Origin: Bdellovibrionales bacterium RIFOXYD12_FULL_39_22
GTDB taxonomy: Bacteria > Bdellovibrionota > Bacteriovoracia > Bacteriovoracales > Bacteriovoracaceae
Length of the DNA: 64,000 nt
Reading direction: 5' to 3'
NCBI GenBank assembly: GCA_001770205.1
Contig: MEQL01000047.1
Location: forward strand, 1 to 64,000
A model generated the notes under the pieces. That model saw only the letters and a program-made list of their open reading frames with translations. It was not told the DNA's origin and did not search any database. A program made the translations under genes and the position numbers. The number at the start of each line of letters is the position of its first letter. The first letter of the stretch is position 1. Below, piece by piece: positions 1 to 9,829 of this stretch.

Positions 1-85
1 AAAAATGAGTCTGTCATTGGGGCCCCGCGTCTACGGCCCTGCGTCAAAAAAAAATCAGCAAAAGATGTGGGTTAAGCTAAGAATA

Positions 86-123
86 GATCTTGCGCAGAAA
101 GGCGAGCTTTTCTGAGCAAGATC
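86..123. repeat. Imperfect 18-bp inverted repeat (hairpin)
   Basis: GATCTTGCGCAGAAAGGC-GA-GCTTTTCTGAGCAAGATC; one mismatch and one G-U pair. Confidence 0.6.
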
Positions 124-194
124 ACGAAAGTTGAGAAATAACGGGCATGGCCCAGATTTTTAATATTTGCTTAATGAACAAGAAAAATTATTAA

Positions 195-2044
195 CGTTCA
201 ATATCGATTTATTGCGGAGTCATTATCAAATCAAAAGTAACTCGAAATTATTTTTTTAAATTAAACAATGTACTTGTAGGTTATAACTCCGTAACAAAAC
301 AAAATCACGATGGTAATATTTTAATCAAGGCAGTGGATGAAATTTGCCCGACCGCGCAGGGACGGAAAAGCCATATTAGAGTTGATACGAGAATAATTTG
401 TAGCACTGATGGAAAAATACTTTCGATTAAAGAGACGCAAGTGATCTTTGGAAAAACTTATCAAAAAGAATACATTGTTGATGGCGACAAATTATTTTTA
501 ATTCAAGAATTAACCAAAAAAGAGATCGGAAGAATTACGCGACCACCACTACTTCATCCTCAATATATTTATAAAAAAATAATTGATGAGAATCTTTCAT
601 CGTTTATTTATGAAGATCTCGCAACAGAATCGGATGCTCTCGCTTTATCAGAGGCTAAATATAGTGTGTCTGCAAGTGATAGGATTGTTGAGACAAAAAA
701 CACTGATACTGGAGTTAATACTATTATTAAACTTGATAGTAATGGAGACGTGGTTGAATCTGAGACAAGAGGAGGTGCGATCAATGTAACTTTATTGTAT
801 GCGCCAACCGACGAACCAGTGATTAAATTTAATGAGCTTCTCTTTGGTGATGAGAAGACTGCAGAAATTTTAACTATTGCCAAGGTTAACCGAGAGTTTG
901 ATTTCGCGGGTAAATATCTTGCGCGAAAAATGAAATTCAAACTTATTTTTAAAGATCAACTTAACAAGAAATTCCAAGCAGTTCTAAGGAGTAGTTATAA
1001 TGTAACTTCCCAAAGCACAAAGGTTTTCATTGTAGAAGTTCCAATTAGTCTAAAAAAGGAAGCGACGACATCTGAAATTCGGAATATGGATATCTATCTT
1101 TCACAGCCGAAATACCTAAAGTTCGATGACGATGAGTTTATTAAAACAACCGCAAGAATTACGAAAAACGAAAAGGGCTTAATAAAGCTAAGACCCTTGA
1201 GAAATGGGTTAATAAGCTTATCGTTGATAAAGGCGGTGGTGGGTTATTACCAGCCATTGACATATTTAGAATGGAACAACCTGCCGGTGATTGCGGGAAT
1301 CATGCAGTTCTATTAGCATCAGCACTTCGATCAATTGGAATACCTTCGCGTATTGTGTATGGTATTATGCAATTCAGTCATAATTTTGCCCAACATGCCT
1401 GGTGCGAGGGGCTTATAAATGGAAAGTGGCACGCATTTGATGCAACGATGGCCCTTGGAGGAGCTTCTGCTTTAAATATAAAGCTTGGCGAATTGGCCGG
1501 TGACAGTGATGATATTCTGGGACTGGCATCCTCGATAATGAATTTGACGGAAGGTATGGCAATGGAGGTAGTCTCGGCCAAAACAAAATCAGGAAAAGTA
1601 TTTAATCTAAGGCAGATTGATAAATATCGTCGAATCACAAAAACTGAATATATTGATTATTTTTGGAACATTAAATTAAAGTATGGAAAACAATTTCAGA
1701 TCATTCAATTAGATTCTATAAGTTCTCCTATTAAGTTAACGAGTTTGACCGGAAGGCAGTATTTATTACTTTTTTCTTCCTTGCATGATCCATCTACTTC
1801 TCTTATGAGTTTTAAGAAAAAGTATCAATTATATCCAAAATTAAAAAATGTTTTTATCAAAGAGTCAAAAAACAAAGAGATTATTCACTTGATTACTATT
1901 CGTTTTGGAACTCTCGTTGAGATTAAGTCACCGGAAGGAATTATATGCAATGACGCAAAAAATATTTTATCTAGGTTAACAAGCTGGAATGAGCCCCTAA
2001 AAACTAGACAGCTTCTCGATAGATATTCTGAACAGAACGATTAG
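195..2044 (+). pseudogene. Transglutaminase-like protein split by a -1 frameshift near 1145-1185
   Basis: Downstream frame has GDCGNHAVL, GIPSRIVYG, HAWCE and WHAFDAT (Cys-His-Asp core) and stays open upstream of 1271 as KAKTLEKWVNKLI. Upstream ORF 333-1316 is open back to a stop at 192 with no clear start. Confidence 0.75.
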
Positions 2045-2222
2045 CTAAATCCATTTTAAATATTTTGTATTCATACTCCTCTGGGGTTAAAATATCCAAG
2101 AGATGAATGCAGCCCTTTTCTATTATAAACCTCGGCAATAGGCCTTTGTAAGGAGTGGAGCACTTTTGTCGACAATTATAAAGCATGACGCATAATAGAA
2201 GAATTGCTATTATTTCCTCAGA

Positions 2223-2621
2223 ATGACGAAGAAGGACATAAAAAAATTAATAGATTATTGGCTTCAAGGCCACGAATATGATTGGGCCACGGCACTTAAT
2301 TTAAATCGCAGCGGACGATATCCATATGCACTTTTTTTTGTCCATCTTGCGATAGAAAAACTAATAAAGGCAATTATTGTTGCGCAAACAGAAAAACAAG
2401 CTCCCTTTGGACACAACCTCGTCTTTTTATTGGCCAAAACTAATCTCGAACTTTCGGAGAGAATTGTTAGATCGTTGACAGAGATATCGACATTTAACAT
2501 AGAGGCAAGATACCCAGGGGATGCTTTCTATTCAATAACAACAAAGGATTATGCGCGCCAATGGTTTAAAACTTCAAAAGAGATTATTCAATGGTTAAAA
2601 AAAGAGTCCAAAATCAAATAG
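2223..2621 (+). CDS. HEPN domain protein
   Basis: YPYALFFVHLAIEKLIKA, GHNL and ARYP motifs; paired with an MNT gene. Confidence 0.88.
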   Translation: MTKKDIKKLIDYWLQGHEYDWATALNLNRSGRYPYALFFVHLAIEKLIKAIIVAQTEKQAPFGHNLVFLLAKTNLELSERIVRSLTEISTFNIEARYPGDAFYSITTKDYARQWFKTSKEIIQWLKKESKIK

Positions 2622-2917
2622 AGCGATTTAAAAAAATACTTCTGGATAAGAATATCAAGTATCTTGAGTTATGGCTTTTTGGCTCTCACGCTCGCAACAT
2701 GGATACTGCGAATAGTGATGTTGATCTTCTCGTTGTTTTTCCAAATAAAGAAATTCAAAGTTATGAGGAGAAAATCCGGTTACAGGCACAATTACTGGGA
2801 TTGGCCGGTTTAAACGGGCTCAATTTTGATATTATTGCAACCTCCCAAAAAGAGTTTTTAGAAAATGAGATCTCACCCATTCTTCATCAAATTAGAAGAT
2901 ATGGAGTTCGATTATAA
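2591..2917 (+). CDS. Minimal nucleotidyltransferase (MNT)
   Basis: LFGSHAR...SDVDLLVV motif; overlaps the HEPN gene. Confidence 0.88.
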   Translation: MVKKRVQNQIERFKKILLDKNIKYLELWLFGSHARNMDTANSDVDLLVVFPNKEIQSYEEKIRLQAQLLGLAGLNGLNFDIIATSQKEFLENEISPILHQIRRYGVRL

Positions 2918-3112
2918 TGCATCCTGTGGCCATTACTAATCATCCAAGCACAAGGTGTCCCTTATTAAATAGCGCTATAGGTACGGCCCTTTTCAAACCC
3001 AACCAGAGAAGTTGATCGATCAAGGCCAACAATTTACTCTACATTTACTCCAATTTTATGCCCGCACTCCAATTGCTAAAATTGAAAAAACAGATCACAA
3101 CTTAGCCGCTCG

Positions 3113-3147
3113 TTGACAACACTGCATAAAAGTCGTACATTTATGCA
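3113..3147 (+). promoter_or_regulatory. Sigma70 promoter overlapped by an 8-bp inverted repeat
   Basis: TTGACA(3113)-N17-TACATT(3136); TGCATAAA 3123-3130 / TTTATGCA 3140-3147. Confidence 0.6.
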
Positions 3148-3148
3148 T

Positions 3149-4324
3149 ATGTATGCACGACTAGCTAATCCTTTAGAATTAGACAACTTTTTTCTTTTTG
3201 GCGCCCGCGGAGTTGGAAAAACTACGCTGCTTTCGACCTTTTTTAAGGAAAAAAAAGTGCTTCGAGTTGATCTACTTTTGGCCGAAGAAGAAGAGCGTTT
3301 TTCGGGCCACCCAGACCAGCTAAAAGAATTGATTGCAGCAGATTCCGCCATTGAATGGGTAGTAATTGATGAGATCCAAAAAATCCCCAAACTATTAGAT
3401 ATCGTACACTCAATAATTGAGACCAAGGAAAACAAGGTTAAGTTTGCGCTTACCGGGTCGTCAGCAAAAAAACTTAAGCGAGGATCTGCAAATCTTTTGG
3501 CCGGCCGAGCACTAATTAATAATCTATTTCCGCTCACCTTTTTAGAGATGGGTGAAGCGTTTGATCTTGAGGCGGCACTGAGCTTTGGATTGTTGCCTAA
3601 AATTGTTAATACTGAAAATTCACTTCACAAGTCTGAAATTTTAAAAAGTTATACCCAGGCATATCTAAAAGAAGAAGTATGGGCCGAACAGATGGTAAAA
3701 AATCTCGCACCATTTAGAAAGTTTTTGGAAGTAGCTGCGCAAATGAACACCGAGATAATAAACTATTCAAAAATTGCCCGAACGATTGGAGTGGCCACGC
3801 ATACCGTGCAAGGATATTTTCAGATCCTTGAAGACACTTTACTTGCACACATTCTTGAACCCTTTAACACATCTGTGAGAAAACGCCTCATCTCGGCCCC
3901 GAAGTTTTACTTTTTTGATATCGGAGTTAAGAGAGCACTTGATCGAACAATTAATCAAACAGTTGTTGCCGGAACTTATGAGTATGGGCGCGCCTTTGAA
4001 CATTTTATCATCACTCAGCTTATTGCGCTGAACTCATATTATCGATCAGATTTTCGATTTGGATATTTAAAAACAAAAGATGGGTTAGAAATCGATCTGA
4101 TAATTGAACGGCCCGGACAATCACTTGTTCTTTTGGAAATTAAATCAAGCATAAACGTGGATAAAAGTGATCTGCTTGGACTTCGTTCTGTAGTAAAAGA
4201 TTTCCCTGGTGCAGTTTTTCTTTGCGCGTGTCAGGACAAGCTTGCAAGGCGGATGGAAAATATTTATATTTTACCTTGGAAAAAAGCAATAGAAAAAATT
4301 TTTAACAACGGGGAACTTGGATGA
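3149..4324 (+). CDS. AAA ATPase with DUF4143 / PD-(D/E)XK-like C-terminus (copy 1)
   Basis: GARGVGKT Walker A, VIDEIQ Walker B, TGSSA, LAGR, KFYFFDIG, EIDLII...EIKS. Start set at ATG 3149, downstream of the promoter. Confidence 0.88.
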   Translation: MYARLANPLELDNFFLFGARGVGKTTLLSTFFKEKKVLRVDLLLAEEEERFSGHPDQLKELIAADSAIEWVVIDEIQKIPKLLDIVHSIIETKENKVKFALTGSSAKKLKRGSANLLAGRALINNLFPLTFLEMGEAFDLEAALSFGLLPKIVNTENSLHKSEILKSYTQAYLKEEVWAEQMVKNLAPFRKFLEVAAQMNTEIINYSKIARTIGVATHTVQGYFQILEDTLLAHILEPFNTSVRKRLISAPKFYFFDIGVKRALDRTINQTVVAGTYEYGRAFEHFIITQLIALNSYYRSDFRFGYLKTKDGLEIDLIIERPGQSLVLLEIKSSINVDKSDLLGLRSVVKDFPGAVFLCACQDKLARRMENIYILPWKKAIEKIFNNGELG

Positions 4325-4473
4325 AACAAATAATAGTGGCAATTGTTATTGTAAGCGCGGGCCTTAGAGCAGAAGCGTCGATATCTCTTGTCTCTGCAGA
4401 TGGATGGGATTGCTTATACAACGCTTCTTTCTATATTGATTTATCAAGAAATGGATGCACACTATACAGGTAA
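4321..4473 (+). CDS. Possible small secreted peptide or gene fragment (50 aa)
   Basis: ATGA overlap with the upstream stop; MKQIIVAIVIVSAGLRAEA signal-like start; below the ORF-track cutoff. Confidence 0.3.
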   Translation: MKQIIVAIVIVSAGLRAEASISLVSADGWDCLYNASFYIDLSRNGCTLYR

Positions 4474-4645
4474 AACCACCTTCTTTTCCACCTTTTGGTC
4501 CATCGTTATCAAGTCGGGTGGTCGAAAATCCTTCTGCATTCAGAAAAACGCTTAACTGCACTGACAAAAAAACAAATTTCTTAGTGTCTAAATCAAGATA
4601 ATTATTGGAGCTTATTCGCCCCCGTCGAATGCTAGAGAAAAAACC

Positions 4646-4672
4646 TAAAGTATTACCAGGTCTCGACGATAA
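4646..4672 (+). promoter_or_regulatory. Sigma28 (FliA)-like promoter
   Basis: TAAAGTAT-N11-GACGATAA vs consensus TAAAGTTT-N11-GCCGATAA; 53 nt upstream of ATG 4726. Confidence 0.65.
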
Positions 4673-4725
4673 GCTTTTGTAGTAGGCAAAATATTTTTGT
4701 CAACAATCGCTTCATTGGAGGTACT

Positions 4726-6327
4726 ATGAATAAAAAAATCATCGTCTTTTTAGGAATGCTTATTTTTTCATCCTGGGCCGTCTCTTACGCTGCAGAACAG
4801 GCAGGATCAACGCCAGAAGTTGCTGCCTTCACCAAAGATTACTCTGGGCTTTTTTTCGATAATTCTAGCAACCAATACTTTATAAATGACAAGATAGCCT
4901 TCAGTATTCGTCCAACTAGCGATGAAAAATATCTAGATAAAATTAAATATAGTGTTGATAATGGCCCATACTCCGAGTACTCCGGAAAAATTAAATTTGA
5001 AAAAGATGGCTTTCACATTGTAAGATTCAAGGCCGTCGACCCAGTATTAAACTGGAGTCCAATCCAAAGCTTTCGCATCTACGTAGACTTAACTCAACCA
5101 AAATCCAGCGCCAATTGGATCGGCAATACTTTCTCAAACGGCCAAGATTTCTTTGTTAACCCCGAGGCCGAATTAGTTCTATCGGCACAAGATAACTTAT
5201 CTGGTGTTGCCAAAATCATTTGGGTAGATGGTGGAGCGCAGGCCAATGTAAAAGAGTACAAGAGCAGACAAAAATTCCCGGCCGGACAATATGAAATTAA
5301 ATACTCATCTATTGATAACGTAGGGAATTTTGAACAATGGAAAAATTTAGTGTTCAAAGTAGATAGTGAAGCACCAAAATCAGCGGCCAGCATCACTGGA
5401 AACTCTTACACCTCCAACAATCGACTTTTCATTGATAAAGGAACATTCGTAACTCTAAAAGCAGATGACAATAGTTCCGGTATTGCCAGAACAGAATATC
5501 GGATTAATGAGGAAGCACCTGCTATCTACAATCAAAAAATATCTATCAACGATCCCGTAACCAAAATTCAGTATCGCAGTATAGACAACGTAGGCAACAG
5601 TGAGCCATGGCAAGTTATGACAGTCTATCTTGACTCAACCCCACCAGAGCTAAAAGTTAAAAACGTCGGAAAATTCCAAGAAGTTGCTGGAAAAGTTTTT
5701 GCTCGCTCTGGACTACGTGTTTTGGCCAGTATTGAAGACAAAGATAGCGGCGCCAATTTGTTAATTGTTAATAACGAAAAAAATGAAAAAATTTCGCAAA
5801 AAGATCTGCTCTTTTCCGATCCAGGAGAACATGATCTATTTCTTAGTGCAGAAGACAATGTAGGAAACGCTTCTAACTCGGTCAGCTACTCAATCTTTGT
5901 AGATGAAAAATCTCCCGAATCACAATTGGCAAGCGCTGTTCCATTTATAGAAAAAGATGGAAGTTTTATTTCATCACTTCCTAACAAATTAACTTTTTCC
6001 GCTATCGATAATGGTGTTGGTGTTGATTACATCGAAATGAGTTATGACAACAAAACCTTTCAACGAGTATCTGACGCTATCGATCTTGCTACCTGGGATT
6101 CCCCTCGTCGCACCATTTACTATCGTGCACACGATAAACTAGGCAATATTGAAGAAACAAAACAAATGTCTATTTATGTAAGAAAGCAAGGCCCCAACGT
6201 AGATCTTTTTGTGGAGAAAGAAGATCTGCCAGCAGTATCACTGTCTGATTTGATAAAAATGAAAGGTTCAAGCAGAACTCCGGCCCAAAAAAACAAAGAA
6301 GAAAGTGAAGTTAAAAAAGATAAATAG
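4726..6327 (+). CDS. Secreted protein with tandem Ig-like (OmpL47-type) repeats
   Basis: Signal peptide; repeated A-x-D-x-x-SG...Y(R/S)(S/A)xDN(V/L)GNxE...D..P units; GGAGG RBS. Confidence 0.8.
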   Translation: MNKKIIVFLGMLIFSSWAVSYAAEQAGSTPEVAAFTKDYSGLFFDNSSNQYFINDKIAFSIRPTSDEKYLDKIKYSVDNGPYSEYSGKIKFEKDGFHIVRFKAVDPVLNWSPIQSFRIYVDLTQPKSSANWIGNTFSNGQDFFVNPEAELVLSAQDNLSGVAKIIWVDGGAQANVKEYKSRQKFPAGQYEIKYSSIDNVGNFEQWKNLVFKVDSEAPKSAASITGNSYTSNNRLFIDKGTFVTLKADDNSSGIARTEYRINEEAPAIYNQKISINDPVTKIQYRSIDNVGNSEPWQVMTVYLDSTPPELKVKNVGKFQEVAGKVFARSGLRVLASIEDKDSGANLLIVNNEKNEKISQKDLLFSDPGEHDLFLSAEDNVGNASNSVSYSIFVDEKSPESQLASAVPFIEKDGSFISSLPNKLTFSAIDNGVGVDYIEMSYDNKTFQRVSDAIDLATWDSPRRTIYYRAHDKLGNIEETKQMSIYVRKQGPNVDLFVEKEDLPAVSLSDLIKMKGSSRTPAQKNKEESEVKKDK

Positions 6328-6333
6328 AAGGAG

Positions 6334-6624
6334 TTGGCCAAGTTTGTGAAAACGCTATTTGTTGGAATATTTATAATTGGGTGTTTGCTTGCTAGTACAA
6401 CGCTTGGATTAGCACAAACAAAAAAAATCAAAGTAATGTATAAAGCACACACCCAATTTGATTTTTCAGGAAACCAAGTCAGTGGAAAAATCAGGACTCC
6501 AGCAGTGTTTTATATTTTCCAACGTAAGCGTTCAGAGGGCCATCAGGTTATTGTTCCACCTGTTAATTTTAATTATCACGATACCATAACTGAAGAAAAA
6601 CTTAAGCGAGCTATTGGATTATGA
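6334..6624 (+). CDS. CglF/GltF-like small periplasmic protein
   Basis: Signal peptide, then YKAHTQFDFSGNQVSGKIRTPAVFYIFQRK resembling the CglF pattern; directly upstream of the gltG-like gene. Confidence 0.6.
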   Translation: MAKFVKTLFVGIFIIGCLLASTTLGLAQTKKIKVMYKAHTQFDFSGNQVSGKIRTPAVFYIFQRKRSEGHQVIVPPVNFNYHDTITEEKLKRAIGL

Positions 6625-8435
6625 AAAGTGCCGCCTTATATAAACTAGACACCACCTCTGAGCAAGAAATATTTCTGGCCCACGTGGGAAATAGATTAAG
6701 CATTGGAAGTAGTCCTAACGCAGATCTTTGCTTAAGCGACTGGCGCTGTGGAGGCATTCATGCCCTGATTAAGCGAGATGATAGTAGCGATGATAGCAAC
6801 GAAAAAATAAACATCATCGATCTGGGAAGTTATTATGGAACTTACGTAAATAGAAAGAAAGTGGAAATAACTCCTCTCGTAGAAGGAGATATTGTCTCCA
6901 TTGGTGATCAGAAAATCATTCTGCGCTATACTGAGAAAACTTCTACCATCTACAACAATGAAGATGGCCAAATCCGTGACAATGTCGTCGTTTTAGAAAA
7001 GGCCAAAGCAAAAAGAAAGGCCAATATTTTAGAAAGCCAAAAAACTATTTTGGAAGCATCTCTTTATTGGGGAGGACAGCTATTAGAGGTAAAATCTTTG
7101 GGGCCTGGCGCAAAAGTGACAATTGGTGATCCCAAAAAGTCCACCTTTGGAGTCGTTCTAGAGGAATTTAAAAAGTATAAACTTGGAAAAAAACAAGTTT
7201 ATCGTTTAGCAGAATATAAAAAAGGACAACTCTCTTTAAAAATCCCTCAGGAGTGTGGCGGAATAGTTTGGATGGGTAACAAAAGTTATGCTCTAGATAC
7301 TCTACGCATATATGAAAAAACTTTGGCCGGTACAGAATATTTGAACATCTCGCTACGCATGGGCGATCGAGCACATCTAGAATTTGGCGAACTTTCACTT
7401 TTTTTTAATTTCACAGCTCCGGCCGAAAAGATCCGAAAAGAGTTGCCCTTCCAAAGAATGGATAAGACACTCTTGAAAATTATTGGAGGTATTTTACTCT
7501 TTTATCTATTCATTTTTGGAATACTCTCACTAGTCGAGCCTGAGGTGAAAGAAAAAACTATTGAAGATATACCAGAGAATTTGAAAAAAATTGTCTACGA
7601 TGTCGGTATTCAAAATGCTGATCGGCAACGTAATGCGGCCATTGGAGAAATTGCCAAGGCCCTAGAGGGAGGTCGGGCCCGAGCAGAAGAAGGAAAATCA
7701 AAAAGCAATCAGGCCAAAGAAGAGCAAGTTGTCAGTCAAGAAAAAACTAAAAAACAAGAGATAACAAAAAATCAACCGACCAAGAATCAGGCAAAATTAA
7801 CCTCTATGGTTACAAACAACAGCATACAAAACAATATTCAACCAATTGACTTTAACAATACTTTTGCGGTGGCGACTCAAAGTAATCTTGTGAAAAAAGC
7901 ATCGGTGTTAGGCAAAACTACCGAAATCGGAAACACTGCTTCCGCGCTGGCCGACGGTGGATTTGCTCGCGGCAGACAAGGCCTGGGCGCCGGTGGTGGT
8001 GGTAGCGGTGTTGGTATTGGCTCCCTAGATGGAAGTCTAACCGGCGGAGGAATGGGTGCTGGTGATTATGGCCTGGCCCCTTCCAAAGGAAGACAAATTA
8101 CTATTTCCGATAACGAAGAAGTAGTGATGCAGGAAGGATTGGATCCTGATCTAATTGCTTCCATTATCAAAAGATACATTCCACAAATTCAAAATTGCTA
8201 CGAGCAAGGACTGGTCTTGCATCCATCTATTAAGGGAAAAGTCACGGTCAACTTTGTTATCAGTCCGGCCGGAGAAGTTACTATTCCCAAAATTGTAGAA
8301 AACACGCTTAACGACTCTCTGACTGAGCAGTGCATGCTTGTCAAAATTAAAGGATGGAAATTTCCGCAACCCAAAGGTGGCGGAACAGTTGGAGTGAAAT
8401 ATCCATTTATTCTAATGTCGAACTCGGGGAATTAA
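6621..8435 (+). CDS. FHA + TM + TonB-C (AgmX/PglI C-terminal) protein, GltG-like
   Basis: FHA (LSIGS...HALI...IDLGSYYGTYVN), one TM helix, Gly-rich linker, IQNCYEQGL...GKVTVNFVI...WKFPQPKGG...VKYPF. Confidence 0.85.
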   Translation: MKSAALYKLDTTSEQEIFLAHVGNRLSIGSSPNADLCLSDWRCGGIHALIKRDDSSDDSNEKINIIDLGSYYGTYVNRKKVEITPLVEGDIVSIGDQKIILRYTEKTSTIYNNEDGQIRDNVVVLEKAKAKRKANILESQKTILEASLYWGGQLLEVKSLGPGAKVTIGDPKKSTFGVVLEEFKKYKLGKKQVYRLAEYKKGQLSLKIPQECGGIVWMGNKSYALDTLRIYEKTLAGTEYLNISLRMGDRAHLEFGELSLFFNFTAPAEKIRKELPFQRMDKTLLKIIGGILLFYLFIFGILSLVEPEVKEKTIEDIPENLKKIVYDVGIQNADRQRNAAIGEIAKALEGGRARAEEGKSKSNQAKEEQVVSQEKTKKQEITKNQPTKNQAKLTSMVTNNSIQNNIQPIDFNNTFAVATQSNLVKKASVLGKTTEIGNTASALADGGFARGRQGLGAGGGGSGVGIGSLDGSLTGGGMGAGDYGLAPSKGRQITISDNEEVVMQEGLDPDLIASIIKRYIPQIQNCYEQGLVLHPSIKGKVTVNFVISPAGEVTIPKIVENTLNDSLTEQCMLVKIKGWKFPQPKGGGTVGVKYPFILMSNSGN

Positions 8436-8448
8436 CAGGGGGATTTAT

Positions 8449-9231
8449 ATGGTAGATTTAGACGGTATGATTAAGTTTTTTTTCGATGGCGGTTTTTATA
8501 TGTACCCGATCGCTGTCATGTTGGTCTTTGGTACCATTGTCTCAGTAGAACGCATGTACATGATTCTTTTTGTCTACAGCACCAACTATAGCAAGTTCAT
8601 GCAAAAAATTCAGGAGTATATTGTCGACAACAATATTGAAAAAGCGCTTAACCTTTGTAATAGCAATAAGCAGTCTGCAATCCATCAAGTGTTTAAGGCC
8701 GCGCTGCTAAATGCGGATCGCCCCTTTGAAGAGATCCAGGCGCATGTAGAATCTGCCGGACTATCTGTTATACCAAAACTACAACAACGCATTCCCTTCC
8801 TTTTTACTATTGCCAACGTAGCAACACTGTTAGGACTACTGGGAACCATCGCTGGACTAATTGCCACTTTTCAGGTGGTAGGTACTGTTGAAGCCTCCGA
8901 AAAGCAAAAACTTTTATCTGTGGGAATTTCTACTGCTATGAATACCACGGCATTCGGATTGATTGTGGCCATCCCATGTATGCTCGTTTATGGATTTTTA
9001 TATAATCGAATAAATACAATGATCGATGAAATTGACCATTATACCTCTCGCCTTCTACTTCTATTACGCACTGGCAGTGCTTATTTTGATCGCTTCAGCT
9101 CAGACAATCTTATCTCTACCAAACAACAGCCCATGAAAAAAGAAAATAAAACAATTGATATAAGTAGTGGCCATACTACGGCCGAAGACAAAGAACACAA
9201 AGAGCATAAGGAAGATAAAAATGTCGCTTAA
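8449..9231 (+). CDS. MotA/TolQ/ExbB proton channel (AglR-like)
   Basis: ATLLGLLGTIAGLI, GISTAMNTTAFGLIVAIP. Confidence 0.92.
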   Translation: MVDLDGMIKFFFDGGFYMYPIAVMLVFGTIVSVERMYMILFVYSTNYSKFMQKIQEYIVDNNIEKALNLCNSNKQSAIHQVFKAALLNADRPFEEIQAHVESAGLSVIPKLQQRIPFLFTIANVATLLGLLGTIAGLIATFQVVGTVEASEKQKLLSVGISTAMNTTAFGLIVAIPCMLVYGFLYNRINTMIDEIDHYTSRLLLLLRTGSAYFDRFSSDNLISTKQQPMKKENKTIDISSGHTTAEDKEHKEHKEDKNVA

Positions 9232-9814
9232 AAATAATCGCCGTCGTCCAGAAATGCCATCGGAAGAAGTTAATATTACCTCGCTGATGGATATTTTAAC
9301 GACTTTACTATTTTTCATTTTAATGATTAGTAGTTTCTCCAACTACTCTGTCATTGGAGGAAGTGCGCTAATTAGCGGAACTCCGTCTACAGAAGAAAAG
9401 AAGGTTTTCTCTTTACAAATCAGAGTCATCGATGCCAATAAGGGAAGCGTTGAACTAGGCCCGATCGAAGGATTATCTATCGTTGGCCGCGAACAATTTG
9501 CTAAATATTTAAATCGTTTTTTTCAAGGAAGTGAGGTCAATGGTTTTAGCAAATCCATAACCGGAAAAGACAGCACAGAGTTTTTAAAAAAGTTAAAAAC
9601 GGAATTAGTAGTAATAAAGAAGGCCTTTCCTCAAGAGACCAAGGCCATTTTATCCATTAGCGACAATGTTAAATATCAGGATGCTATCAATGGACTATCT
9701 GCATTGCGTGAACTGGCATCTGATGACAAAGGTGTTGAGCTTGCTAGTACTTCTGGCCAGAAAGAAACCGTTAGATACTTATTTCCCGAAGTTATTATCT
9801 CTGAAAATAATTGA
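9221..9814 (+). CDS. ExbD/TolR family protein (AglQ/S-like) 1
   Basis: VNITSLMDILTTLLFF with the conserved TM Asp; likely start ATG 9221. Confidence 0.85.
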   Translation: MSLKNNRRRPEMPSEEVNITSLMDILTTLLFFILMISSFSNYSVIGGSALISGTPSTEEKKVFSLQIRVIDANKGSVELGPIEGLSIVGREQFAKYLNRFFQGSEVNGFSKSITGKDSTEFLKKLKTELVVIKKAFPQETKAILSISDNVKYQDAINGLSALRELASDDKGVELASTSGQKETVRYLFPEVIISENN

Positions 9815-9829
9815 AGGTGAGGTGCTTTT

